A DNA stretch of 64,000 nt from NCBI GenBank assembly GCA_009914755.4, contig CP068257.2:38304001-38368000 (forward strand), in the 5' to 3' direction. Origin of the DNA: the human T2T-CHM13v2.0 reference genome, Homo sapiens. Positions 14,331-26,153 of this stretch are shown one piece after another (within the stretch, counting starts at the first letter, position 1; every line of letters starts with the position of its first letter). The translations under genes were made by a program, and so were the position numbers. Under the pieces are notes generated by a model that saw only the letters and a list, made by a program, of their open reading frames with translations, did not search any database and was not told the DNA's origin.

Positions 14331-16727
14331 TCATTTTCTGTAATTTGATCAGACTGAACAGTAGATTGGACTTTGTTTACTGCCCATCAATTTACTGCAC
14401 AACGTGGATTTATGCTCATTGCCTGCCACTCTTCCCCTCTGGTTGCTGCTTCAAGACTGGCTCCATTTTCCCTACAGCTGTGACAATGCACTATGTTCAG
14501 TGCCCCATTGCCCTTTAGGAAGTCTTTTGCTCTTTTGTTAACAGTTGCTTAATTCAATAAGAATTAAGGGTAAACAGAATGCTGCTATGCTTTATGTGCC
14601 CTCCATGGGAGTTAGGAGTCTGCAGAGAGGGGATGATGATGGGTTTGGGCTGAGGCATGTGTTGGAGGGCACCTGCTGGAGGGCAAGGCTTGATCAGGCT
14701 TTATGAATAAAACCGCCAGAGGATTGTTAAAGTAGAGCCACTGTTCTTGCTCTCTGCCCTGTAAAGCTGATTTGAATATGAAATTTTTGCCCCGCACCAA
14801 AAAAAAAGCTAACCACTCATTATATTATATGCCTGTGCTTCAGGCTTTCTCTGGCATCTGACGGTTTAAAGAGCTACTACCATCACATGGACCATGACAG
14901 CTCACAAAGGAGAGAGATGTACTTCTCTGTTAGTGCTTCTGGGGCTTCTACTGGGGGTCTTTCTTGTAGCCCCCAAGCTAAGTAAGAATTTTCTAGGCTA
15001 CCTACAGCATGAACTATGTTGTTAGATGTTGTCTTGTTCAAAGCCAGGCTGAGTCTTTGATTTAATGAGATGGATTCCTGCACAGAAATGCCTAGACTCA
15101 GGTGAAATCACATGGTATTCGATGTAACTAGGAGGAGTCCATGCCTTCCTGCTGTATTCTTCCTGCTGTATTCTTATGTGAACCTTACTGATGCCAGAAA
15201 TATTAGGCTGGCTGCTTTCCTCCCTCTGCTGCAGCCAGGCCACCTGTACCCAGGCCTTCTAACCAAGCACTGTGGTTTGGGAACCACACATGCGGCATGT
15301 CTGGCTCTAGACAAAATCACTTGTGGCTGACTCTGTAACTCTTGACAGGTGCAAAGGCTTAGACAGTGCTAATCCTGAGAGCTAACACTGTTCTATACCT
15401 GGATACTTTCAGTGACCATCCCTCCAATATCACCACATCATTTCCTCTTTCTAGTATATTCTGTAACAACCAGAGTAATTTTTAAAAACTGCAAACCTGG
15501 TCCTATCATCTTTTCCATGCTTACCTCCCCTCAAACTTCAACATTCTTTAATGTCTTAACTGTGCTCATAGGATAAAGCCAATTTCCTCTGTGTGGCACC
15601 CACACTGCCACCTCTCCTCTTGTTCTGGAGGCTTCTGATGTTCCTGGGATGTGCTCTCTTGCCCGCCCCAACATCAAGATGCTTGAGTCTGCTTCTCAAT
15701 CTCACCCTGCCCCTCTTTCTCTGCATCTGGTACTTCCTATCATCTTAGTTCTGAGCTGACCTGTTACTTTCTGGAGTAGTTGAGGGAGAACGAACTGATG
15801 GAAAGACAAACCCCCAAATCCCGGTGCCTGAACCCAGTAGAACTTTATTTCTTGCTTACAGCAGAATCCAAGACTGGTGCTCCAGAGTCATCTGCATTTT
15901 CCATGCGGGAGGCTGTGTCAAAAGTTTCTGATGGGTTAAACCCAGAAGTGACTGATTGACATTGATTCCACTGGCTGGGAGAAAACACCTGGTCTCGCCT
16001 ATGTGCAGGTGAGCAGGGAAATGCAGTCCACCTGTGTGCTCAGGAAGTGGAGGAAGCAGATTTGGGGCATCACTGCAGTTTCTGCCACAGCCCCCTCCCC
16101 TCACACCCCAACCCTTCCCACATACCTACTCACCCGACTCACCTAAGGTCCTGTTCCTGATGGCACTTATTACAACTGTAATTCACAGGCATCACTGTGA
16201 TTGTCCAATCAATACTCGTCTCCTCCATGCTGCTCCATGAGGTCAGGGACACCCGTTTTACCAGCGGTTCAGGTGCTCTGTAAGAACTTGCAGCAAGAAT
16301 GAATAAATACATCCATGCCCACATTTGTGGCATGCACTCTACAGAAATCATCTTTCCCAGTGTATTTGAGGGCAGAGGTACATAAAGGAACCCTAATGTT
16401 TTCATTCAGTAAACAGTCAAGGAAGACCTTGATCTGGTCAGAGTCCAAAGTCAGCCGGTATGCTTCAGCTTTTCATTTTCCTCTCTAAGGAGGGTGTTAG
16501 AAAGCCACTGCACTGTAGATTTTCTTGTCATCCTAGTTTACAATGGCTAGACATAGAGTGGAATTCAGGACAGATAGGCACCAAGACACAGGTACGTTTC
16601 TAGGCCTCTGTTTATTCCCCCAAAAAGCTGAACAAATCCCCAAGCCTATGGTGGTCTTGAGGTCAACAGGCACCTGAAAACTGCAAACCCAGGATCCTAC
16701 TTTATTCCATGCTATTCTTTCTTTTAC

Positions 16728-17102
16728 AGGCTCTTTGCAACCTGCAACTTCCACCTCCTGGGTTCAAGTGATTCTCCTGTCTCAGCCTCCCAAGTAGCTA
16801 GGATTACAGGTGCTCACCACCATGCCCGGCCAATTTTTGTATTTTTAGTAGAGATGGGGTTTCACCATATTGGCCAGGCCGGTCTCAAACTCCTAACGTC
16901 GGGTGATCCATCCACCTCAGCCTCCCGAGTAGCTAGGATTACAGGTGCTCACCACCATGCCTGGCTAATTTTTGTATTTTTAGTAGAGATGGGGTTTCAC
17001 CATATTGGCCAGGCCGGTCTCAAACTCCTAACATCGGGTGATCCATCCACCTCAGCCTCCCAGAGTGCTGGGATTACAGGCGTGAGCCAACATGCCTGGC
17101 CA
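16728..17102 (-). mobile_element. Alu SINE with an internal ~135-bp tandem duplication. It lacks the A-tail and terminal ~40 bp
   Basis: The segment 'ctcagcctccc[a/g]agtagctaggattacaggtgctcaccaccatgcc[c/t]ggc[c/t]aatttttgtatttttagtagagatggggtttcaccatattggccaggccggtctcaaactcctaac[g/a]tcgggtgatccatccac' occurs twice in tandem, at 16781-16917 and 16918-17051. Confidence 0.9.
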
Positions 17103-17394
17103 TGTCATTCTTTCTGTATAGAACAAATGCCTGCTGTTAGCCTACCCTCACTGTAGGCAGTGGACTGCCCTGGGCTTGTGGTCAGCCAGCCTAGTACTGG
17201 AGTTGTCCTGGGAAAGAAGCACAACTTCCTCTGGCCGCAACCTTCCCCTCTATAAAATGGACATAACTCCCAGGATGGTAGGGAGGGATTAAAAGCAACC
17301 TATGTGGAGCTCTTCCTGTGTATCAGGTTGTGGCAAGCTATTAAGGGCTTCACACATATTATTTCATTGAGTCTTAATAGTCTTAAAGAGGATG

Positions 17395-17530
17395 TACTTT
17401 ATCCGCATTTTACAGATGAGAAACCTAAGGCTCAGAGAGGATGAGGGTCATGCAGCTATTGAGAGATGAGGTTGAATTCTGCATCTGGGTTTGACTTGAG
17501 AGCCTGAAGTCTTTGACACCCTATTCATCT
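17395..17530. mobile_element. MIR SINE relic
   Basis: The MIR core is present: 'tttacagatgagaaacctaaggctcagagagg...gggtcatgcagc'. Confidence 0.6.
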
Positions 17531-20159
17531 AGTAGGAGGCATTGAACACCAATGTGTTTTGTAACTTACAGTGCTTCCTATCCATGTGGGGCACCATTTG
17601 GGTTCTGTAATCTCCAGTGCCCCCATGATGCCTCTCATGATTCAAGTCCTTTGGGGATCCTCTGCCTCTGCATTCCAATAGTGATGACTGTAGACAGAAT
17701 AAGACCCCTAAAGATGTCCATGTCCAAAACCCCAGAACACATGAATATGCCCAAAAGGACTTCATGGATGTCATTAAGTTAAAGATTTTGAGATGGAAAG
17801 ATTGTACTGGATTGCCTGAGTGGGTTCAATGTAATCACAAGCATATTTCGAAGAAGGAGGCAAGAGAGGATCAGCATTGGAAAAAAGGGTGGGAGGAATG
17901 TGCTTTGAGGATGGAGGAAGGGGCCAAGAACCAAGGAATGCAGGTGGCCTCTAGAAAAGGAAGGAACAGATTCTCCCTAGGAGTCTCCAGAAGGAACACA
18001 GCCCTGCCAAAACTTTGATTTTTACCTTATTATAATAGACACATTTTGGACTTCTGAGCCCCAGAACTATAGCATAGTAAATTGTGTTGTTTGAAGCTAC
18101 TAGGTTCGTGGTAGCTTGGAAATTATAATGCAGTGGTAATTTCTGTGCCATGTCTCTAGTACCTTAATGCTTGGTGTGGTCTTGCAGCTCACCTGTTATG
18201 CATGCACTGATTACTATCACCCCAGCTCACACAGCATCCCTCGAGACAGTCATCCAGTACATCCCTCTCTGTGAGGACACTGCAGATACAGAAGAGCTGA
18301 TGAAATGTTTTCTGGTCTTTAAAACTGTGGTACGGTGGTGAGGCTACTGAGATGGCTGGCAGATCACACTGTCCTCAGCCCTGGTCTCTGGGAATGGGTG
18401 GGATCTGCAGCAACATGATTATACCACAGTCTCTGTAGGACCCCCTTGGACAGGGAGGTGCCAAGGGCTGAGGCGAGCCAGCAGCATCGTGGTTCGTCAG
18501 CTGCTGTGGCCTGACAACCGTGGGTGAGCTTTGGAGGCTGGCCTGTGGCCAGCACTGGCCACAATTTTCTCCTTGTTCAGGTGTTGCTCAGGCTCTTTCG
18601 TGTGATTTGTTTGCAACCAAGCCAGCAGCCTCTGCAACCCCAGGCACGGAGCCAAGCCAATAAATCTGGCTGCCATGCAAATGGCTGTGCCATTGCAGAG
18701 CTGCAGGCCGAGAGGGAGCTGTGAAGATTCTGCACCATTTGTATTCCTGCCTGAAATACCATGCCATTCCCTGCATTCCCTGGCCCCACTTCTGTCAAGC
18801 TCCCAGGGGAGGAGCTGCCCATCCACCCAGTGTAAAGGACCGGTGGGGTGGTAAAGCAGAAAGTGGGTGTTCTATGACTTTGATAACCTCCTTGTGGGTG
18901 TGTGAAGGTGAGGGAACTCCGTGGGACAGTGATTGGAGTTGTTGGGTCCCCCTTTTCGATTGTCTTGGTCTCAATGAACAAAGGCATTCTTCAGCTCCTT
19001 TCTGAATGCCTGGCTCCCAATCCAGGTCTCATTTACTCAGTGCCTCTCACCCACATCTACTGGCTCCCTGATGTGTTTTCATGTTTATAAATCAAAGAGC
19101 GTGAATGTTGCTAGCTACCTTAGGGACCTCATCCAGCCCTGCATTTTATAAACAAGTGAAGCAAAGCTCTGAGAAATGGAGCGCTTGCCTGCAACCACAG
19201 GTCAGGCCCAGGCATAGCATCCTTCAGGGCCAGTGCATACCCTGATGCAGCTGAACCCTCAGCAAGGCTGCTGCCACCCATCTGCAACTCTCCACCAGAG
19301 ATGGGAGGCTGTGTTTTGTCCATCTAGGCCCTGAGACGCCCCTTGCTGGCTAGGTTGCCCAATCACTTGCTTGAATTCCCTGGGAATAGACATGGAAGAA
19401 AGAGCAAAAGCAAACAAACAGTGGCCCACTCCATTGCTTTTTCAGTGTGAATTTCAGAAGAGTGGAGGGGAGGGATGTGGCCATTAGGATGGAATCTCAG
19501 CGCTTTATCTGACACCCCCAGTAACGGTGGCTTCAATGACAGGGCTCATGTGTCTCATCTGTAAGAGTCTGGATTAGCAGCAGCTTCCTGGTATTAGGAC
19601 CAGAACTTCTACCTTGTCTGGCCATCTTTAATGTCCTGCCCTTTCTCTCATAGTCTGAGATGGATCACCACTGCATTCATGTCCAGCCACAGGAAGGGGA
19701 CAAGGCGGTGGACAACTGGGAGTATGGACGGAGAAGAGCACAGTCTCTGCCTCATGGGCCATCTTTTGTGGCCTAAACTAGGTAGATAGGCACACATGTG
19801 GCCTGAGTTCCCCAGACGGTTGACACCTGTCCAATTCTCCTGGTGCTGTGTGGCCTGGAGACATGTGATTGGAATGGCAGAAGATGGTTTCCATCCATGC
19901 ACGCATCTTCCCAGCACTCATCCTTCCAGCTAATGCTGATGCATCTCCTAGCCAGCACACAGGGCAGCTGGAAGTGATTGGCATTCCTGCCGCTCAGCAC
20001 CGTTCCTGGCCAATGCCTGGTGGGACTTGGAGGATAAATATCCCAGCTAACTTGCTCTCTATGTGAAATCACTCTGAGGCTGTACTGTTCTGCCTTCCAG
20101 AGTTCTGTTGTAGGGGTGAGCCCCAGGTCACACGCAGTAAACTGCTGGAGGGTGCACTT

Positions 20160-20640
20160 TGCATGGGCTTTGCTCTGTGTCTCACATGCTCACTTCCCTC
20201 CTGATACTCCCCAGAAAACCTCCCAAACAAACCACTTATATTTAAATGCTTGTCTCAAGGTTTGCATCTAGGAGAACCCATCCCAAGACATATGGCAAAG
20301 GAGACACGTGGGCATTTTTAGCTAAAACTCCAGGTTCCAAGAATTCTGGACCATATGCACCATATGTTTTGTTTACATCTTATGTTTCACAACCTCGTTT
20401 TTTTAATTAAGAAATCAGCCTCTTAAGATATAAGTGGGCAGAAATTAACTTAGTTTTTGTCCATCAAGAGTTATTTCCTTTCCTTGAAGGAAAAGCTTCC
20501 CTACAAGGGAAGGAAGGTGGAGTAGGAGGACCCATCTGCTCTGTGTTGGAATTCATCTAAGTCCTGGAAGTACGAAGACGAGAGAGACATGGTCTCTACT
20601 TTCTCTGGAAGCTTCATTCAAATGGGAGACTTAAGAGACA
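20160..20640. repeat. Copy A of a local ~480-bp segmental duplication; the period to copy B is ~880 bp
   Basis: 'ccaggttccaagaattctggaccatatgcaccatatgttttgtttacatcttatgtttcacaacctcgtttttttaattaagaaatcagcctcttaagatataagtgggcagaaattaacttagttt...' recurs at 21040-21510 with ~85% identity. Confidence 0.85.
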
Positions 20641-21039
20641 TATATATGAGAGGTCAGCTAAGAGCATGAGAGAAAAATGCAAGATGTGTCGCAGTGAAGC
20701 TCACATTTATGAAAAAGCAAATGTGTCCTTGAGAAAGGGACAGGACTCCATGGATAGCTGGGAAGGCAGAAGCTTCTAGAAGAGGACCAGAGAGGTAGGA
20801 GGAGGAGAAAGGACCCTCAGCCCAAGAGTGAGGGTCTCAGTGTCTATCACAAGATCACGTGCTGCTGCGTCAGCCTCACCTATTTGATCACAGGCATTTC
20901 AGCCATGAACCCCTCTCTTCTGCCTCCTTGGGAATTGTATACGAACTCTCCCTCTGCTTTTCTAGGCTGGTGGAACATGCATTTCGGTGGCTTCAGGGAC
21001 TCTGCTTTCTTTACTGATTTGCATGTGTGACTTGGTGCT

Positions 21040-21510
21040 CCACTCTCTGGGATACGCTGACATCTTGAATCTGCTTCTGCATCTCAGGTTAAAACAGGGA
21101 TGTGCTCTGTGCACATGTTCATCCCCTCCCTTCCCTGTGCCACGTTACCCATGGCCTGGCCCCTCTCTGTCTTCCTGATGCTTGCCTATTTGCTCTCTGT
21201 TGAAGAACTTCAGGTTCCAAGCATTCTGGACCATACGTACCATGGTTTGTTTATGTCTTATTTTTCACAACCTCTTTTTTTTAAATTAAGAAATCAGTGC
21301 CTTAAGATAAAAATGGGTAGACATTAACTTAGTTTATGTCTATCAAGAGTTATTCCCTTTCCTTGAAGGGAAGGAAGGTAGAGTAGGAGGGTGTGACCCA
21401 ACTGCTTTGTGTTGGGATCCATCTAAGTCCTGAAGGTATGGTGATGAGAGAGATGTGGTCTCTATTTTTTTCTGGAAGCTTCATCCCAGTGGGATGCCCA
21501 TTACCCTCAG
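21040..21510. repeat. Copy B of the same local segmental duplication
   Basis: 'cttcaggttccaagcattctggaccatacgtaccatggtttgtttatgtcttatttttcacaacctcttttttttaaattaagaaatcagtgccttaagataaaaatgggtagacattaacttagttt...' runs co-linear with copy A. Confidence 0.85.
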
Positions 21511-22588
21511 ACCATTCATGGAATGGTCCTCACTCCCTGAGAACAACTCTGTGTTTGGTCACCTCAGTCACCTTGAAGCTCTCTGTCCTTGGGATAGCTG
21601 CTTCCCAGGAGGCTCCCTGATGCCTTGTGCCAATGTTCTTTGGTGGACAAAAGCTCTCAGCCACCCTGGCTGCAGAGAGGCATGACCCTATAGCCTGCAA
21701 ATAGCAGAGCCCACCTCCCAGCACCTGTGCTAGTCTAGGACTGTGAAAAGCTATTCTAACTAAAATCAATTCAGTTTGGGGTGAAATTGATTCCACTGTA
21801 GCCCCTCAGCATTTTCCAGGGTCCTGTCTTTCCTCTTTTCCTATAGTTTTTAAGTCCCATGCTGTGATTTTCTAGTTTCCTTTATGGGCAGTGTAACAAG
21901 CTGAGTTACCATCTAGATAGATTACATCATTTTTAACTTGCTTTAAACTGGATGCTCATTCTGGATTGAATCAGTCCTGGGGTGTTTCTCTTGGCTTCCT
22001 CTGGTCTGGAATCACACTCATTCCCAATCTGAGGTCTCCCCAGTGGCTTTCCATAGGGTTCATGGACTCTATCATTCTGTTTGTAATAAGAAGTCTGACT
22101 TAGTCTCTAAGACAACAGTTAGTTCAGTAGGTTGTGGGGATAATGTGGGGCTTAGCAGGACTGTGTGGGTCGCTCTATCCTGAACCCATATCCACTAGAA
22201 AGGTCCAGAACTTGATATGCTACTGAAGGTGAGGGGCTGGAACTGCTAACTACAGTTACTCAATCATTGTAATTAGTTATTCACCACCTTTCCTAATATC
22301 CAGGCTTCTTTTCCTCTCTATCTAGATCCCTACTATAGATCCCTTAAGAATAATAGTCATATTGCTTGGATAATCAATGCCAGATGCTGTTACTAACAAC
22401 CCCACCATTCAGTGATTTAATACACAGGAAGTATTGTTCTCACTCCTGTGAAGCCTGATGAGCTTTGTGCAGCTATCTAGGCAGCTCTCCATCCAGGCAG
22501 TGACTCAGGGATGCAGGTTCTGTCCCTTGGATGACTATGTCTTTGGGTCATTTGCTTCTGAGAGAAAGAGTTTGGATGATCACAAAAT

Positions 22589-23000
22589 GTGTTAGTTTCT
22601 AGGGCTGCCATAACAAATTTCCACACTGGATAGTTTACACAACAAAAATTTATTGTCTTACAGTTTTGGAGGCTGGAAGTCTGAAACCAAGGTGTTGGCA
22701 GGGGTGGTTCCTTCTGGAGACAGAGGGAGAATCTGTTCCATGGCTCTCTTAGCTTCTGGTGGCTGCCAGCAGTCCTTGGCATTCCTTGGAGTGTAGACAC
22801 GGAACTCCAGTCTCTGCCTCCATCCTCACATCACCCTTTGTGTCTGTGTGAATCTTCTTCTTTTTTTTTTTTTTTTTGCCTCTTACAAGGACAGCAGTCA
22901 TTGGATTTAGGGCCTACCCTAAATCTAGGATGATCTCATCTTTTGATCTTTAACTTACATCTACAAAAATACTTTTTTTCAGATAAGGTCTCCTTCACGA
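22589..23000 (-). mobile_element. MLT1-type MaLR LTR containing an internal poly-T run at 22858-22878
   Basis: 'tgtgttagtttctagggctgccataacaaatttccacactggatagtttacacaacaaaaatttattgtcttacagttttggaggctggaagtctgaaaccaaggtgttggcagg...ttacaaggacagcagtcattggatttagggcctaccctaaatctaggatgatctcatcttttgatctttaacttacatc'. Confidence 0.7.
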
Positions 23001-25273
23001 GTTCCATGAGTTAGGGCTTGGGTACATCGTTTAGGGGGGTGATATTCAACCCACTGCACACGTTTGTTTGTTTTATTATCATGCCTAGAAGTGGCGCCCA
23101 TGCCCACTCACATTCCATCGGTCAGCTCAAATCACACAGCACAGCCTCGGTTGCAAGGGAGGGTGGGAAGATCATCCTCCTATTTGCCCAGATAAGCAGA
23201 TGGAGGTGGTGAGCACCTAGCCAGTCTCAGACACGTGGCCAGTGTTCAAGGAGTGCTTCTTCTGTGCCCGATGCCATGCTGAGGACTTTGCAAGGATTAT
23301 CTCCTTTTAATCCTCACAAGAAGCCTCTGAGGCGGACACTTGTAGTTATCCAATCTTCAGACAAATAAACAGAGGCACAGAGTCCCTTGACAAATTTCCC
23401 AGGTCATTCATGAATGGTAGAACCACTGATTCCATCTAAGCAGACTTTTCAGAGCCTGTGCCTTTTGCCCCATAGGATGCTGCTTCTAACTGTACTGACT
23501 CCTGGTCTTTTATCCTTGTGGGACAGTTGTCACAGCCCCCATGCCTAGCCTCAGATTTCCTTTACTTATCACTGGGGGCTGAGCTCGTTGGAACTGAGTG
23601 CTTAGAGCTAAGTGCTGACTGGGGGCTGCCTTTCCTTGCAAAAGTTCTTTCTTTCACCCTAGACACTGTCTCAGCTTTCTTGTCCCCACAGTGACTTGTT
23701 CAAGGACACATCAAAGACTGAAAATATAGCCAAAGTTCTCACTTTCTGGTCCAGAAACTGGATGAAAGCAATTGACGGGAGTGACAATGCAGATGTCTCA
23801 AGTTGATGGAAGCAAATATTAACAAGTTCATCTGCCAAAGAAGAGAAGCCGGCTAGGTGGAGCCTGATGTTTTATTCTTCAAGCACAGCTATCAACTTTG
23901 AGTGAGAGGATACAGAAAATTTATTTCTACTTTGGCTGCTTTCAGAACTGCATTTATCAGCAGCTCCAGCATAATCTACATCAAGCTGCAAAGCATCAAT
24001 TGGCAGCCTGTTTGAAGCAGATCCAGGCTACCTTGTCTGAATAGAGCCACATACCATATTTGCAAGCAAGAAGGCTGTAGGTTCTTGGCAGGTGGGGAAA
24101 GGGACCAGGTTCACTTTCCTATTCTATGCTACCCCTTCTGTTCTGGAAAATTTTCTGCTGGCTTGCAGAAGATCAAAGCGGGAAAAATAAGCTTATGTAA
24201 TTTAGTACCTCATTACTGATTATTGATCCAGATCTGTCTTGTACACATAGCAGATAAAAAAGTAAATAATGTTTTGAAAGAAATAAAGACCAAGAGAATA
24301 ATGAAGCTGGAGGAAGGGCAAAAAGAAGGAAGAAAAGAATCAAAGGAAGGAAGAGAGACTGGAAGGGAAGAGAGAAAAGAAACAAAGTCACTAGGTGGGA
24401 AAGAAAATAACTTCCCTGTAGTTTGGTTTTGAGGTAGGAGAAAACATGTTCTACCATGCCTTTGATAAGTACATAGTTAGTGGATAACCCTGTCTGCCAC
24501 AAATTCTGGCAAGCCCACTCTCCGTGTCTGCAGATGCAACAGATTTCATTCTAGGAGTTGGATAGCCATGGTCAGTTTGTGACGGGGGCAGGTGACACCA
24601 GAGAGCATGAGTTGGGCTCTAGTTCACTCTGCATCTACCATGTCCAAGGCATTGTACCAATTTCATGGGGACAGAGTGAAGGATGCAGTCAGGCACAGGT
24701 AGTGCTTATAGGTTTTCTTCGGTGAGGCACAATGGCAAGACGTGGCCATCTGTCTTCAAGGAGTTTGCTTTTTCATGGAAGTGACAGACATGTTCCTTAA
24801 TGAGGTAAAAGTGGTGAGTCCTTTGAGAGACAAACAGATGAAGAATGGGAAGGGGGAGAGATCAATGTTGACTAGGGGAACACTTGATAGAGAAATATAC
24901 GTCTCGAAGAAAGCATAGAAGTTGAACAGGTGGAGATAGGGAAAAGGACATTTTAGGATGGGCCACACTCAGAGGCAAGAAAACACTTCTTTTGAGGAAT
25001 AGCAACTCTTCCAGGCTGGGAAGTGCATAGGGAGCTTGGAGGGGTGCAGTGGAATCTAAGTCTGGAGAGGTAGGTGAAGGCCAGGCTGGACGACAGATGG
25101 CCACTGTGGCCGAGCTGGCTAACAGCTCACCAGCCTGTCTTCTCTTCATCTTGGGAACAGCCTGTCAACACTGGCCAGCCTTCCTGGCAGTGAAATGTGG
25201 CCACGTGCCTGAGTCCAGGCCAGTGAAACCACAGGGCAGAAGCCACATGAGCCACTTTCAAGCCAGGTGCATA

Positions 25274-25370
25274 GAAAATAAAAGTGCTATGTGTGGTCCT
25301 CCATTCTCTTTATCCTTGTTTCCATGATGGGGAAAGAGAATGGAGGATCACACATAGCACTTTTATTTTC
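25274..25370. repeat. Near-perfect inverted repeat with 38-nt arms (1 mismatch) and a 21-nt spacer, giving a hairpin/palindrome
   Basis: The left arm is gaaaataaaagtgctatgtgtggtcctccattctcttt (25274-25311). The right arm is aaagagaatggaggatcacacatagcacttttattttc (25333-25370). The reverse complement of the right arm equals the left arm except g versus a at one position. Confidence 0.9.
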
Positions 25371-25422
25371 ATGCCCATTAGGGTGACTTTGGAACTGGTT
25401 TAAGAGGGCTGCTAGTATTTGA

Positions 25423-25768
25423 ATGTTTGTGTTCTCCCAGAAATCCTATGTTGAAATCTAATCCTCAGTGTGACAGTGTTAAGAGGTGGGATCTTGGATG
25501 GGGGAGGGGGGTCATGAGGAGGAAGCCATTATGAATGGAATTTATGCCCTTATAAATGAGACCTGAGAGAGCTCCCATGCCTCTTCCACCACATAAGAAC
25601 ACAGCAAAAGGGTACCCTCTATGAACCAGGAGACAGACCCTCACTGGATGCAGAATCTATGCCTAGACCTTGGACTTCCCAGCCTCCAGAGCTGTGAAAA
25701 ATAAATTCCTGTATAGAAGCCACCCATTTGATGGCAGTTTTGTTTTAGCAGTCTTAACAGATGGAGAC
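25423..25768 (+). mobile_element. MLT1-type MaLR LTR
   Basis: 'tgtttgtgttctcccagaaatcctatgttgaaatctaatcctcagtgtgacagtgttaagaggtgggatcttgg...ggaatttatgcccttataaatgagacctgagagagctc...ccttggacttcccagcctccagagctgtgaaaaataaattcctgtatagaagccacccatttgatggcagttttgttttagcagtcttaacagatggagaca'. Confidence 0.75.
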
Positions 25769-25929
25769 AATTGCAGAGTCCCACAGGATGGAAAGCATCC
25801 AGGTCACTGAATGGTCATATAGAAGGCCTCCTGATGTTCAGGAACACTTCTTTTGGATTTAACTTGAGCAATAAATGAACTACTATTGTGTGCATCCCAG
25901 AGATTTGGGGACGTACCTGTTATAGCAGC

Positions 25930-26153
25930 TAGCACCACTCTAACTCATAGAGTTATAAATGAAAGTGAGGTGCTTATGTTTTATTAACAGGCAGTGAGAA
26001 GTCGGGGGTCTGTATCTTCCAGGGGGTCTGTATCTTCCAGGGGGTCTGTATCTTCCACCTAGCACCACTCTAACTCATAAAGTTACAAATGAAAGTGAGG
26101 TGCTTATGTTTTATTAACAGGCAGTGAGGAGCCAGGGGGTCTGTATCTTCCAT
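25930..26153. repeat. Tandem duplication of a ~130-bp unit. Copy 1 contains an 18-bp sub-repeat (agggggtctgtatcttcc) present three times
   Basis: 'tagcaccactctaactcata[g/a]agtta[t/c]aaatgaaagtgaggtgcttatgttttattaacaggcagtgag...gggggtctgtatcttcc' occurs twice, at 25930-26059 and 26060-26153. Confidence 0.9.

Noticed and set aside
16854-17156. 100-aa ORF with an internally repeated peptide ([24 protein letters not shown]... twice)
   Set aside because: It is entirely the translation of the duplicated Alu segment. This is a classic Alu artifact, like the other GFHH/[12 protein letters not shown] ORFs at 13884, 34063, 38763 and 59690.
25274-25370. Calling the hairpin a bona fide miRNA precursor
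   Set aside because: The AAAGUGCU-like stretch is suggestive, but a 38-bp perfectly paired stem is longer and cleaner than typical pre-miRNAs. I have no expression evidence. I kept it as an inverted-repeat finding only.
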